Below are positions 41,650 to 54,464 of a stretch of DNA of 64,000 bases, in pieces. Numbering within the stretch: position 1 is the first letter of the stretch; every line of letters begins with the position of its first letter. The stretch lies in the NCBI GenBank assembly GCA_002104945.1, contig MCFH01000046.1, positions 248,001-312,000 of the forward strand, given 5' to 3'. The notes beneath the pieces are model-generated. The model did no database searches and was not told the origin of the DNA. It saw only the letters and a program-made list of their open reading frames with translations. This DNA comes from Piromyces finnis finn (lineage: Eukaryota > Fungi > Neocallimastigomycota). The position numbers and the translations under genes were made by a program.

Positions 41650-42085
41650 TGCATTTATAATTTACTAATTTATATTTAAAAAAAAAAGTATTAAGTTTAC
41701 AAATATCTCATTAAAAAATTTTTTTATTAAAAATAAAATATACAGAAATACAAAATAGATTTTGATTTATTAACATATATATATTAAATAAAGTTTTAAA
41801 TTTTTTTTTTTTTTTAATTGTATACTATTTTTCAAAAGTATTAATTATTTATAATGGTATGGTGTTATATATACATTGGTATGACAAGTTTTTTAAAAAA
41901 AAATAATTTTCAAGATATATCTGATCTAACCCTTAATAAATATAAATAATAAATAATATAACATTACAATGTAATATATATATTTAAATTATTCATTTAT
42001 TTTTGTTCAATTAAAAATTTTTTTTTTTTTGTATTATAAAAAATTTTATAAATAACATTTTATAAATTATAAAAAGCAAAAGCAA

Positions 42086-42386
42086 ATGGCAAACGAAGTA
42101 TTACGTGAAGATAAAAGAACAAATTCTCAATTAAGACCAATATCATCAGTATTAAGTTCATTAAATAGAGCAGATGGTTCAGCAAGTTTTTCATTTGGTA
42201 TATTAATTAATTATATATTTAATATAATTAAAAAAAGTTATTAGATTTCAAAATTTAAATTTCAAATCACTAAATAAATTTATTAAAATAATCAATTTTC
42301 AATATTATTAATGTATTTTTATTTTTTATATTTATTGAATATTAAAATAATATATAAATATGATTTAACTAAAATATTAATAATCG

Positions 42387-42419
<33 letters not shown>

Positions 42420-43412
42420 GGAAATTCATCAGTTTTATGTTCAGTATATGGACCACAAGAAGTCAAAATAAAAGATGAATTATTAGATAGAGCTACAGTA
42501 GAAGTTAATATTACACCACAAATTGGAATTGGCTGTATGTTTTTATTATTAAAAATAATATTAGAATTTTAAATATTAAAACATAATATAATTATTTTAA
42601 ATAACATAATCATTTAATTATAATAATAACAGCAACAACAGAAAAGAATATGGAAAGAATTGTTAGAGAAGCATTTAGTGACGTTATAATTACTAGTCTT
42701 CACCCAAGAACTTCTATTTCAATTACTGTTCAAATTACTCAGGATGAAGGATCAGTTAGTTTCATATTATAAGAATACTTTTACGAAATTAATGATATTC
42801 AAAAATATAATATTAATAAATTTTCATTTTAAAATATTAATAATTTAATTTTTTTTGAATTCTTATAATAAAAAAGATAATTTCAACTATTATAAATGCT
42901 GTCTCATTAGCATTAATTGACGCCGGTATTCCACTTCGTTCTACTTTATTATCAGTTACTTGCGCAGTTCAAGAAGATGGTGTAATATTATTAGATCCAT
43001 CTAATGAAGAAATAAAGGTATGAATTAAAAAAATAAATTATGTCTATTTTTTTTTTTTTATTAAAGTTTATTTGGTTTTTTAAACTTTTTTCTATTCAAT
43101 TTATTCTCAGAATGCTACTTCTACGCATGTATTTGCTTTCAGTAATACTTCAAATGATATAATTAGTTCCGAATCTACTGGTACATTTTCTGAAGAAGAG
43201 GTAAAATATAATAATATCCAATAAAACATTTTATATTATAAATATATTTATAGTAAATATCTATTTATTTAATTAATTTATTAATAATACTAAAAATTGT
43301 TTTTTTAAAGTATTTTAAATGTGCTGATATATGTAAATTAGCGGTTTCTTCAGTATTAAAATTTGTTCATTCAGCAATAGAACATAAACTTCAAAAAGAA
43401 CAAAAAAATTAA
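42086..43412 (+). CDS. RRP46: Exosome core subunit Rrp46 (RNase PH family, EXOSC5), multi-exon
   Basis: REDKRTNSQLRPI...LNRADGSASFSFG|NSSVLCSVYGPQEVKIKDELLDRATVEV, LHPRTSISITVQITQDEGS, INAVSLALIDAGIPL and ILLDPSNEE. Confidence 0.88.
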
Positions 43413-43944
43413 ATATATCGGTTAATCTTTAGGAATGCATAATAATAATAATAATAATAATAATAAAAGCTTTTTATATAAATCATAACATTTTAGAATT
43501 TTATATTATTTATATTTTTTTTTATTTTATTGAGAAAAACTAATTCAATAAAAATTAACAAATACATACTTTCTTTAATATATATTTTTATGAAAAATAA
43601 CTTATTAAAAAAAATGAATAAATAAAAAATAAAAAACAAAAATCTAAATAAAATTCATTAAAGGAATTTAATCCTCTATATAATGTATTTATATAAGAAA
43701 CTATTCATTAAAAAATAATATACAAGTTTATTGAAAATTTAAAATTTTTTACTATTTTTTTTTTTTTTTTTTGGTCTGACAATTTATCTATAATACAACA
43801 ATCAAAATATTTTACATTAATATATATTAAAGTTAATTATGAATAATATAATAATTATTATAAATAAGTGAAAAACCAAATTTTAAATTATTACTAATAT
43901 AATATGAAAAAAATAAAAATAAAAAATAAAAAAGTACATAAGAT

Positions 43945-45095
43945 TTAGAATAATAAATAAAAAATAACTATGATATTTATTAATATAATTAATAATTTTG
44001 AGTTTAAAGATCTATTAGCTGATGATGGAAGACTTTTCATATCTTTCTGAGAATTATTGTTGCAAATATCTGTATTATCTGTATAAAAAGATTCCGGAAT
44101 TGTACCTGTAATATAGTTATTTTCAACACAACTATTATCATGTAGATTTATATTATTTTAGTTTATAAATAAAAATTTAGTAGTTTATAATAAAAACTGA
44201 TTAAGAAACTTACAAATATTCAAGATTTAAAGTTTCATAACTTAAACCTTTTGGAAGATCACCAAAGAAAAAGTTATTACCAAGATTTCTAATAAAGTTA
44301 TTAATAATTGAAATTGAAATATTAGAAAATAAAATAATTAGTAATAATAATTATTATTAACATAGACACTTACAAATTATTGATATTAAGATTTTGTCCA
44401 ACTTCTACTGGAATTTCACCTCTTAATTTATTAGAGTTTAAATTACTATATAATAATATAAAATATATTTATGTTAATAAGTAAATTATTTAATATGTTT
44501 ATTATCAAAAAGTAATTTTATATATATTTACAGTTCTTCAATCTTTGATAATTTATGAAAATTTGATGGTATATTTCCAGTAAGTTCATTATTATTCATG
44601 ACACTGTTTAAATAATTTAAATGAGAATTTATATTGAATAACAAGAATATAAAATTAAAAATAAAATAATATTATATTTATATATTTATATGACATACGC
44701 ATATCTTAATTCGTGTAAATCTGCAAATGAATCTGGTATATTTCCATGAAATTTATTGTTTGATATATTTCTGTTGATAAATTATATAAAATTATTTAGA
44801 TAACATTATAATAAATAAATAATATATTTTCTAGTAAGAGTTTAAATTTTACAATTTAATTAAGTTTTCCATATTTCCAATTTTTGAAGGTAATTCACTA
44901 TCAATTTCATTATTTTGAAGATATCTTTTTATTATAATATTATGACAATTTTAATATTATATTAGAAAATTTAAGAAGGAAATAGTTTATAATAATAATA
45001 TATTCGAGAATTATTATATTACTAACAGATATTCTAAATTATTCAATTTAGATACGCTATCCGGCAAGCTCGTTAATTTATTATTACTTAAATCA

Positions 45096-45137
<42 letters not shown>

Positions 45138-45729
45138 AATATAAATATTTAAAAAAAAATTCTATAATAAAATAGACCATATTAAATATTTTAATCTTTT
45201 ATAATAATTACAGATATTTAAGTTCTTTTAAATTTCCAATTGATTCTGGAATAGGACCACTAAGATTGTTATTATTTAAACATCTATGTAAAAATAATTT
45301 TTATAATTCTTAATTAATATCATAAAAATATATTCACTACAAGATTTTAAAGCATTTTAATTATATTTTAAGTAAAATTAAATTAACTTACAAGTATTGT
45401 AAAGAATTGAATTCACCTATTATATCATATAAATCACCACTAATTGTTTTTCCTTCTAAATATCTATAATTTATTTCAATATATATTAATTTATTAATTA
45501 TACTTTTTTATTTATTATCATTTTAATTATACAATACTTACAAATCTGTAATATCATTTTTTGAATTACAGAAAATAACTTCTGAGCTAGCACAACAACC
45601 ATCACTTGTATTCCAATTAACTTCTACATTCCATTTTGTTAAGATATCAGCTAATTTATCACAATCACTTTTACAATGGCAAGCAACAATTAGTACTATT
45701 ATGAGTACACTAAATAATAAGATTTTCAT
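43945..45729 (-). CDS. Secreted, probably GPI-anchored leucine-rich-repeat protein, about 10 exons with one LRR per exon
   Basis: Signal peptide MKILLFSVLIIVLIVACHC and a Cys cap. Internal exons of 69-75 nt encode repeats such as CLNNNNLSGPIPESIGNLKELKYL and NLNSNKLRGEIPVEVG. Hydrophobic C-terminus SSANRSLNSKLLIILINIIVIFYLLF*. Confidence 0.85.
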
Positions 45730-47142
45730 TTTATGAGAATTTTTTATGTATGTGAAATTTGAAGATCGAGGTCTTTAATCTTTAATGTAATAGAATATTA
45801 TTGTATTATTAAAAATTCTAATCAAACTTAGAATTTGTTTTTTTTTTATCTTTTTTTTTTTTAAAATTTCTTTAGTGTATATAAATTTTTATAATTATAA
45901 TAAAAACCTTATTATATAATATCTTATTATATCATAATTGTTTAAATATTACAATAATACTCTTAATATATATTTTAATATTTTTATATTAATAATTTAA
46001 TGTGTTAATAATTCAAAAAGGAAATAAGTAAAATTTTGTGGTTACATTTTTTAATATATAAAAAAGCGGTTAATTTTGATTATAAATAAATATAAATTCT
46101 AATAAATATAATTTTGAAAATTTCCTTATTTATCAATTGTTCTACTTATTTTTTAGGATTTTAATAAAAGAATATAAACTTTATTATATTAAAATTTTTA
46201 ATCAATTTAACCAATACAATATAATATATAAATTATAATATATACAAATTGTGTAACAAAATTTTATACTTCATTTTTATTATTTTTATTTTAAATATTA
46301 CAATATTTCAGTACATTATGTATAATTTCAAAAATGTATGTATTGCATCTTAAAGAATTAATCTTACAAATAATGTAAATGTGGATTTTTTTATTATATA
46401 AATTATTCTCTTCTAATACTAAATTATAATTAATAAAACCAACATATCAAGGATTAAAAAAAATGATTTATGGCCAATCATTGGTAAAAAATAATTTAAT
46501 TTCATTTTATACATAAAAATAAAACATTTAATTATTTATATAAAAATTAAAGAAAAAGAAAATAATTTGTTATATAAATTTAAAAATATTGAATATCACT
46601 TTATACAACATAATATTAAAAGTATATATTTTAAAAGAATAATAAAAATATTATAAAAAAATATTATTAAAATAGTAAATTTTCTTATTATTATTTTATT
46701 GGAATTTAAATTTCATATCTTTATAATTTAAATTCTAAGTAACTATTAATTTCTCTCACAGAAACAAAATAAATATTAAATAATATATACAAAAAATACA
46801 ACAATAAAACAATAGTGTAAGATATAAAATTCTAAGATTAATTCTAAAAGGAAAAATTATATTCAAGTTAGAGAATTATCATTGAATATCTAACATTTAA
46901 TTCAAAATATATGTCTAATTAGTATTTAATTCTTAATTAAAATGGATAACTGATCTTATTATTATATATTAAATTATAAAAAAAAATACTTTAAATAATT
47001 TATAAATATTTTATGCAAGGTTTTCAATAAAAAGTATTATAAAAATATTATTAAAATTTGTATTAATTTTTCTTTTTTATTATTTTAATTTTTTTTTTTT
47101 TTTATATTAAGTATTAATTATATTCAATAATAAATTTTTAGG

Positions 47143-49263
47143 ATGGATTTAATGTTAGGAAAGAATAAAAAAGCTTCATTGAATAAAGATGAAAATAAAA
47201 TTGAACTATGGGTTGAAAAATAGTAATATATTTTTATTACAATACTATATTATAAATTTATTTGTTTCTTTCTATCTTTTTCTTTTTCCTTTTTTTTTTT
47301 TTTTTCTTATCTTTTTTTACTAATATATATTTAAAAAAAAAAAAAAGTCGTCCTAAGAATATGGATGAAGTTAGTTCTCAGGAAGAAGTTGTAAAAGTTT
47401 TAAGAAAAACAATGGAAACAAAAAATGTTAGTTTTTTCTTATTAATATTTGTTATAAATCATATTTTTTATATATGTATATCTATTTATTAATTCATTTA
47501 CATTTATATATATTATATATCAATAATTATCAATAATTAAATATAATATTATGCCCAAATTTTGTTTCTATTTCAATATTTACAAAAACTCAATATTAAA
47601 AATTTTAATATGAATTCTTTCTAAAATGAATAAATTTTTAATTATTAACATCAAATTCTTATAATGGAACATTTATACTATGATCATTAACTAAAATAAT
47701 ATTAATTAAATTCAACCCTAAATTCATTAAATGAATTGTTTTTGATATCAATTATTAATTTTTAATAATATTTATAAATTTTAATTAATTTTAATTTAAA
47801 ATTAAATTGCATTAAATACATATATTATATTTAAAAATAGTTACCACATTTGCTATTCTATGGTCCACCAGGTACAGGAAAAACTTCAACAATTTTAGCA
47901 TTAGCAAGAGAATTATATGGGTAATTTATTATAATATATATTTTGAAAATAATAAATTCTTTGTTCTATGCATATCATGTATATGACAATTTATAATTAA
48001 ATATATAACACTTTATTTTTATTTCATTTCAAAAAGACCTGAATTAATGAAATCAAGAGTTCTAGAATTAAATGCTTCAGATGATAGAGGTATTGATGTT
48101 ATCAGAGAAAAGGTTAAAAATTTTTCAAGACTTGCAGTATCACAAAATACAAAGTAATTATCTTTAAAATATATTATAATAGAAATATATATATATGCAA
48201 TAAATATAAATATAAATATATTTGAAATATATAATTTTTATCAACTATTAATGAAAGTGGAAATGCTTCATGTCCACCATATAAAATAGTTATATTAGAT
48301 GAAGCTGATTCAATGACTAATGATGCTCAAACTGCATTAAGACGAACTATGGAAATTAGTTCAAAAGTTACAAGATTTTGTCTTATTTGTAATTATGTCA
48401 GTAGGTTAGTAAAATAATATGTGTTTATAATAATAACTTTATAGGATTGTTAATTTAACCTTTATATTTATAAACGTAATAAAAATTCTTTATAAATTCT
48501 TTTATTATTATAACATATTATATTATAGAATTATTGATCCATTAACATCAAGATGTGCAAAATTCCGTTTTAGATCACTTGCACAAGAAAGTATGAAATC
48601 TCGTCTTGAAGAAATATGTAAATGTGAAAATATTCCATATACCAATGAAGTAAGTTATGTATTAAAATATAGTCGGTTAATAATTCTTTTTAATATTTAT
48701 CCTTTATTCAAATATTTTAGGCTTTAACTGAACTAATTAATGTATCAGAAGGAGATATGAGAAAGTCAATTACATATCTTCAAAGTGCTTCCCAATTAAG
48801 TAAAATTGAAGGTTCTTTAACACCAAATATGATTTTGGAACTTGCAGGGGTATATAATGTTAAATAATTTACTAATAATAAATATTATATTTATTAACAA
48901 TAATATATATTTAGGTTATTCCAAACGAAATTGTGGATCAAGTAATAAGAGTTTGGATTAAAGGTACATCAAATGAAAAAATGGAAATGGCTAACAATAT
49001 AATTTTATCAGGATATTCATTATCAAAGTTATTAACTCAAGTAAGTTTATATATCATAAATTCATTAATTATAAATATCTGAATAAAAACTAAAAGAAAA
49101 AAATTTAAAGATTAATAAAAGACTAGTTGAAAGTATTGAATATTCCTCAAAAATTAAGTGTTACATGGTAAAATATTTGGGTATGGCAGATAAAGCATTA
49201 GTTGAAGGAGCGGATGAAAAATTACAATTACTTAGTCTATTACATTCAGAACTTCATTCATAA
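47143..49263 (+). CDS. RFC2: Replication factor C small subunit (yeast Rfc2 / human RFC4 type), multi-exon
   Basis: WVEKY|[77 protein letters not shown] and [12 protein letters not shown]. Confidence 0.92.
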
Positions 49264-50093
49264 AGTTTAATATTATTATATATAAAATTATTTTAAATTT
49301 TTTATGATTTATATAAATAATTTAACAATTTATCATCAATATATTTTTATTATTTTTTCAATCATATGTTATAAAACATGTTCAATTTAACATTAATAAT
49401 ACAATAATATTGTTTTATTTTGCTTTTCAACTTTTATATACCTATATTCATATTAACATATTTATAATTTATTAATAAAAATTTAATTTGCAATAGAAAT
49501 GATAAAAGTATATATTTAATAATGATAATGAGTGATATAATTAAAGAAATTAATGAATATTGAATTAATTTATTGTATAAATAAAATAAAATAATTTTAG
49601 CTATTTTAAAATTTAAAACTAAAAAAGTAAATAATAAAATTAAAATTTATAATTTCTTTTTTTTTTTTTTTTTTTACTATTTAATTGATTATTTAATTTT
49701 TTTTTATTTTATTTTATTTTATTTTATAAAAATGAGTTTATAGACTATACGAGAAAATATTACAAAATCTTAAGTATTATTATTATCATTATTAAACAAC
49801 TATAAATATTTTATAATGAGAAAAAAGAATTATTGTAATATATAAAAAAAAAAAAAAGTTACATTATAATAATCCGCAATTTTTTTATTATAACCTTTTT
49901 TTTTAAAAATTGAACCAAAAACTTCTTATTAAAAACATTAAAGAATTTTAAAACAGAAATTATTTATAATTTATAAATAAAATTAATTTTATATTATAAA
50001 TTTTTATAAATGGAACAAAAGTATTATTTGTATTTATTATATATAATATATATATAATAAATTTTTTAATAAAATTCTTAATAAAAGATAAAT

Positions 50094-51100
50094 CTAATTT
50101 TGAATGGAAGCATTCAAATGCAGTTTCAAGCGAGTTTTTCTTACTCCAATTTCTTTTCCTTTTATTAAACTTTTTCTTCTATCATAGTCTCGAAGTGATT
50201 TTTCAGTTATTATTGAACCTATTCTCTTATCATATTCTTCTTTAAATTTTTTATCATCTTGTAAAAGTAATAATTCAGATCTTGCTTTTTTGTTTAAATC
50301 CTCTGTATCTTCATTTCTAAACATTGGATCATTTGGATTATTTAATAAATTGATCCATAGATTTACATCTTCATCGCTCATATCATTATCCTCATTATCA
50401 TCATTGTCACTGTCATCATTATATAATTCATTATCAAAAATAACATTGTTCTAATCATTATCATCATTATTGTTTTTATTCTTAATTTTAAATTTAGGTA
50501 ATTCAATAACTGATAATAATAATTTACAATTACAATTATTATTAGTTATTATTTCATTACCCTTTTTGTCAATAAGAATATTCATATTTTCGTTGTATAA
50601 CTTTTCATATACATTTTGATAAAACTTTCCTTTATAAAAAGCTACACCATTTCTAGGAAAGGATCTATAGCCGATTCTATCGTCAAATATTTTATAATCT
50701 AATATATTATTCATAATGCTTTCTGGAATGTTTTCATATTTCTATCCTTTTAATACTGAATGAGATATTAATTTTGAAGCATATAATTCAGATTGATTTA
50801 ACATACTACCTACATTTGAAAAATTAATTTCTATATTTACGAGTCCTTCGTTTTTCTCTTCAATATCATCTGTCGATAATAATTTCATTTTGTTAACTTT
50901 TTAAATTTACTCACTAATACATCAACATTTGGAAAATTTTCTTTTAAACTTTCTGCCCTCAATTCTCTATCAATAAATTTAACATTTTAATGTTAAAATC
51001 AAAATCATCATAACACTCTAATATATATTTAAGAAATGAACCAAATAATCTTTTAAAAACAATATCGATAGTTGGGTTTATAGTAATATCTCTTTTATTA
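50094..51100 (-). pseudogene. Decayed Rpn / PD-(D/E)XK_2 ('PD-(D/E)XK nuclease family transposase') gene of bacterial type; intronless
   Basis: Reconstructed frame: INPTIDIVFKRLFGS...IKNVKFIDREL...NVDVLV...VNIEIN...SELYASKLIS...KG*KYENIP...NILDYKIF...SVIELPKF...WINLLNNP...KARSELLLL...EEYDKR...KGKEIG. It needs two 1-nt repairs in A runs (about 50985 and 50888) and has in-frame TAGs at 50742-50744 and 50451-50453. Confidence 0.8.
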
Positions 51101-52170
51101 CTATTATTTAGATTTCTTTTTTTCTTTCTTTTTTTTTTTATTTTAAATAATTAACCCACAAAATTAAAATTATAAAAAAAAAATTTTTAACATTAAATAT
51201 ATTAAATATATTTTGAGTATACCCAAAAACTTTAATTTATTTATTAATCTATTTTTTTAATATATATATTAATTAAACATATAACATTGATTTATTGTTT
51301 TTTAATTATAAAGAATGTAATCATTTTTAATTCTTATAATTTTAATTCATATTAATATATAATTATACTATTATTTTGTTTTTGGAAAAAATCTTATTAT
51401 ATAATAACTTGATTATTAATATCATAAGAGAATTTCTTCATTTTATTTATTAGCTCAATATATTAAATATTAAATAACGGTATAGAAAATAATTCATTTG
51501 AAATAATATATTATATATATTAAAATCAATAATTATAATTAAATCAATAATTTTTTTTTTTCATCATATGAAATCTATTTAATTATATTAATGTAATATT
51601 AATTAATACAATATTCTCTAATGATAATATATTTAAATCGAAAAAATAATTTAAAAAAAGATTGCTTATTAATTTATATTATATTATATATATTAAATTT
51701 ATAAATGATAAATACTTATTCGATAATATTTTTTATTATATATAAAGGAAACAGCTTCACCTTTTCAATTATTATTAATTCTTCTAAATAATTTTATATT
51801 TTTTTATAAATAATAATAAAAAACAATTTTATTTTAACATTAATTACATATAAATATAAGAATAAAAATCATTAAGATTTCAATATTAATTATAAATAAT
51901 TCAATTTAATATTCTAAATAAGAATAAGACATTTTGCCCAATAATACTAAATACTCTATAAAAGATTTTTTATAAAAAATTGAAATAAAAAGAATTTAAA
52001 TCATTTCAAAAAAAAAAAAAATTATTTTTTAAAAATTTATTGTAAATAAAAACTTCAAAATAATAATTTATATATACATTTTTTTTTAATAACAATAATT
52101 AAATTTAAAAGAAAAATAAAATTCTATCAATAACATTACCATTTCTACTTAATAATATATAATTCACAAA

Positions 52171-53925
52171 ATGTTTAAAAAGGTTTCAGTTATATTAAGT
52201 TTAATAAGCATTATTAATACTGTCCAATGTTATTCTTGTGATCCAAATACTTGTAAACTTCCAGATTGTCTTTGTCCTTCACACCTTCCTCCAGGTGGTA
52301 TAGATCCAAAAGATGCTCCACAATTTGTCTTAATATCATATGATGATGCAGTAAATGACAGCACTTTCGGTATCATTAAAAATATGTACAAAGGTCTTGC
52401 TCACAGTAATGGTTGTCCAGTTGTTGCTACTCATTTTCTTCAAAATCAATACACTAATTATCATTATGTTCAACAATTATATTCCCAAGGTGATGAAGTA
52501 AGTAATTTTAATATTAATTTATAAAAATGAAGATTTATCAAAAAATAATATTTTACATTATTGAAAAAACAGGAAAAGGAATTATTAAATTATTAATGAT
52601 TTTTTTTTTTTTTTTTAAATAAAAAAGATAGCTCTTCATACTTTTTATCACACTGAGTTAGCCTCACAAAAAGAAATTGAAAGTGGAAAAACCGTTATTA
52701 GTACTTTTGCTGGTATTCCCGAAACAGAAATTAAAGGTTTTCGTGCTCGTAAGTATATTTTAAGATAATATAAAAAATCATAAATATCAAACATAATTTC
52801 AAAGATAATAATAAAATATTTTTTTTATCTCTTTATTTAAAAATATTTATTGTAATTAATAACAAAAACTTTATTATTGATAAATATTAGCATTTTTAAA
52901 ATATAATAATGAATTACTTCAATCTATTCAAAACTTAAAGTTATTATATGATTCAAGTACTTCATCTGTACGTGAAGATACTACATGGCCATACACTCTT
53001 GATAATGGTGTTTCTGATGAATTCGATTGTCAAGCACTTAACATTTGTGGAAGTATTACTAATCATAATGGAATTTGGGAAATTCCACTTTACTCAACAT
53101 TTTATACCAGTATGTTTCTTTATTATAAAAAGAAATTACATATTAATTTTTTTATAAAAATAAAATAATCATTTACTAATTTTATATTATCATATGTAAG
53201 ATAATAATCCTCCAGTATCTATGGATCCACCATATGATGATGGTGCTTTATTAGATGTTTTAAAAACAAATTTTAATAATAGATATAATGGTAATCGTCA
53301 ACCAATGGCTATTGCAGTTCATGCAATTCACTGTAATGAACCAGAAGCTAAAGTTTCACTTTATCGTAATTTCATTAAATGGGCACTTAGTCAGAAAGAT
53401 GTTTATTTTGTCACCTATTCTCAATTAATTGAATACATGAAAAACCCTGTTAAAGCTTCTGAACTTTCTGGTCATCCAGCAATTAGTTGTTCAAAATTCA
53501 ATACATATACTGTTAATGGTAATGAAATATGTGATGGTATTGATAATAATAGTGATGGTAATATTGATGAAGGTCTTGTTGAAAATTGTGGTATTGGAAA
53601 TACTTATTTTTCAACCTGCTTCGGTTGTCCAACTTCTGAACCATCTGTTGATAATCCAAGCCCATCACGTAATGGTAATCGTATTTTAGTTCCATCTATG
53701 GGTTGTACTGAAGGAACTTGGGATCCAATTACTAGTAGCTGTGTTAGTACTACTGGATCTACTTATTTAGATACTACTACCTCGGAAAAGGTTGTCACTG
53801 AAGATAATATTAATAATGGTGGAGATAATAATAAAAGTGGATCATTATCATCATTTATCCCAACATCTATAATTAATATTTCCTTAGTTACTATTTTAAT
53901 TAGCTATATAATTAATTTCTTTTAA
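52171..53925 (+). CDS. Secreted, probably GPI-anchored polysaccharide/chitin deacetylase (CE4, NodB-like), 4 exons
   Basis: Signal peptide, then CDPNTCKLPDCLC, PQFVLISYDDAVN (DD motif), E|IALHTFYH (metal His pair), IKGFRAP|FL, WPYTLD, WEIPL and FNNRYNGNRQPMAIAVH. Ser/Thr-rich stalk and hydrophobic C-terminus. Confidence 0.9.
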
Positions 53926-54464
53926 TAAATTTAAATATATAGATATATAGAAAGACAAATGTTTTTAAAGGCATTAATTATACTTATCATAGAAACAATA
54001 AATATTATTAAACTTTATAAAAAAAAAATTTTTTTTTTTAATGATTAATGTATTTATTCATATCCATATTAAAAGTATTTAAAGTAAAAATTATATATAT
54101 TATTAAAATTTTATTATTAAATATGTATTGAAATTTTTATATATATTTAAATATTTGTTATAAATATAAAAGGAATCTAGTTTAATGATTATAAAAAATT
54201 TTATAAACTTTTTTTCTTTTTTTATTTTTAAAATTTCTTTAAATAGATATGTAGTTACAAAAAAAATGTTTTAAAGAAAATAAAACAATATTAAATTTAT
54301 ATGAATTATATAAACAAAACTATTAATTACAATTATATTACAATTATCAAAAGCATTTTTAGATAGATTATTAAAATGAAATCAATAATTAGAAATTAAA
54401 ATAAAAAAGTTTAAATTTTTTTATACATTTTTTGTGATAGTATTAAGAATTTCATTATTCGTGC

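Noticed and set aside
46474-46484. CCAAT-C-ATTGG quasi-palindrome between the LRR and RFC genes
   Set aside because: It could be a pair of CCAAT boxes, but it is too short to support without expression or conservation data.
50451-50744. TAG read-through or reassignment to explain two in-frame TAGs
   Set aside because: TAG terminates ordinary genes in this window (e.g. 282-284 and 8189-8191), and the same locus also has frameshifts, so pseudogenisation is simpler.
50870-50914. Apparent GTGAGT...GACAG intron that might rescue the Rpn frameshift
   Set aside because: It is only 45 nt, and splicing it gives the wrong frame with a nearby TAA. A 1-nt deletion in the A run explains the shift better.
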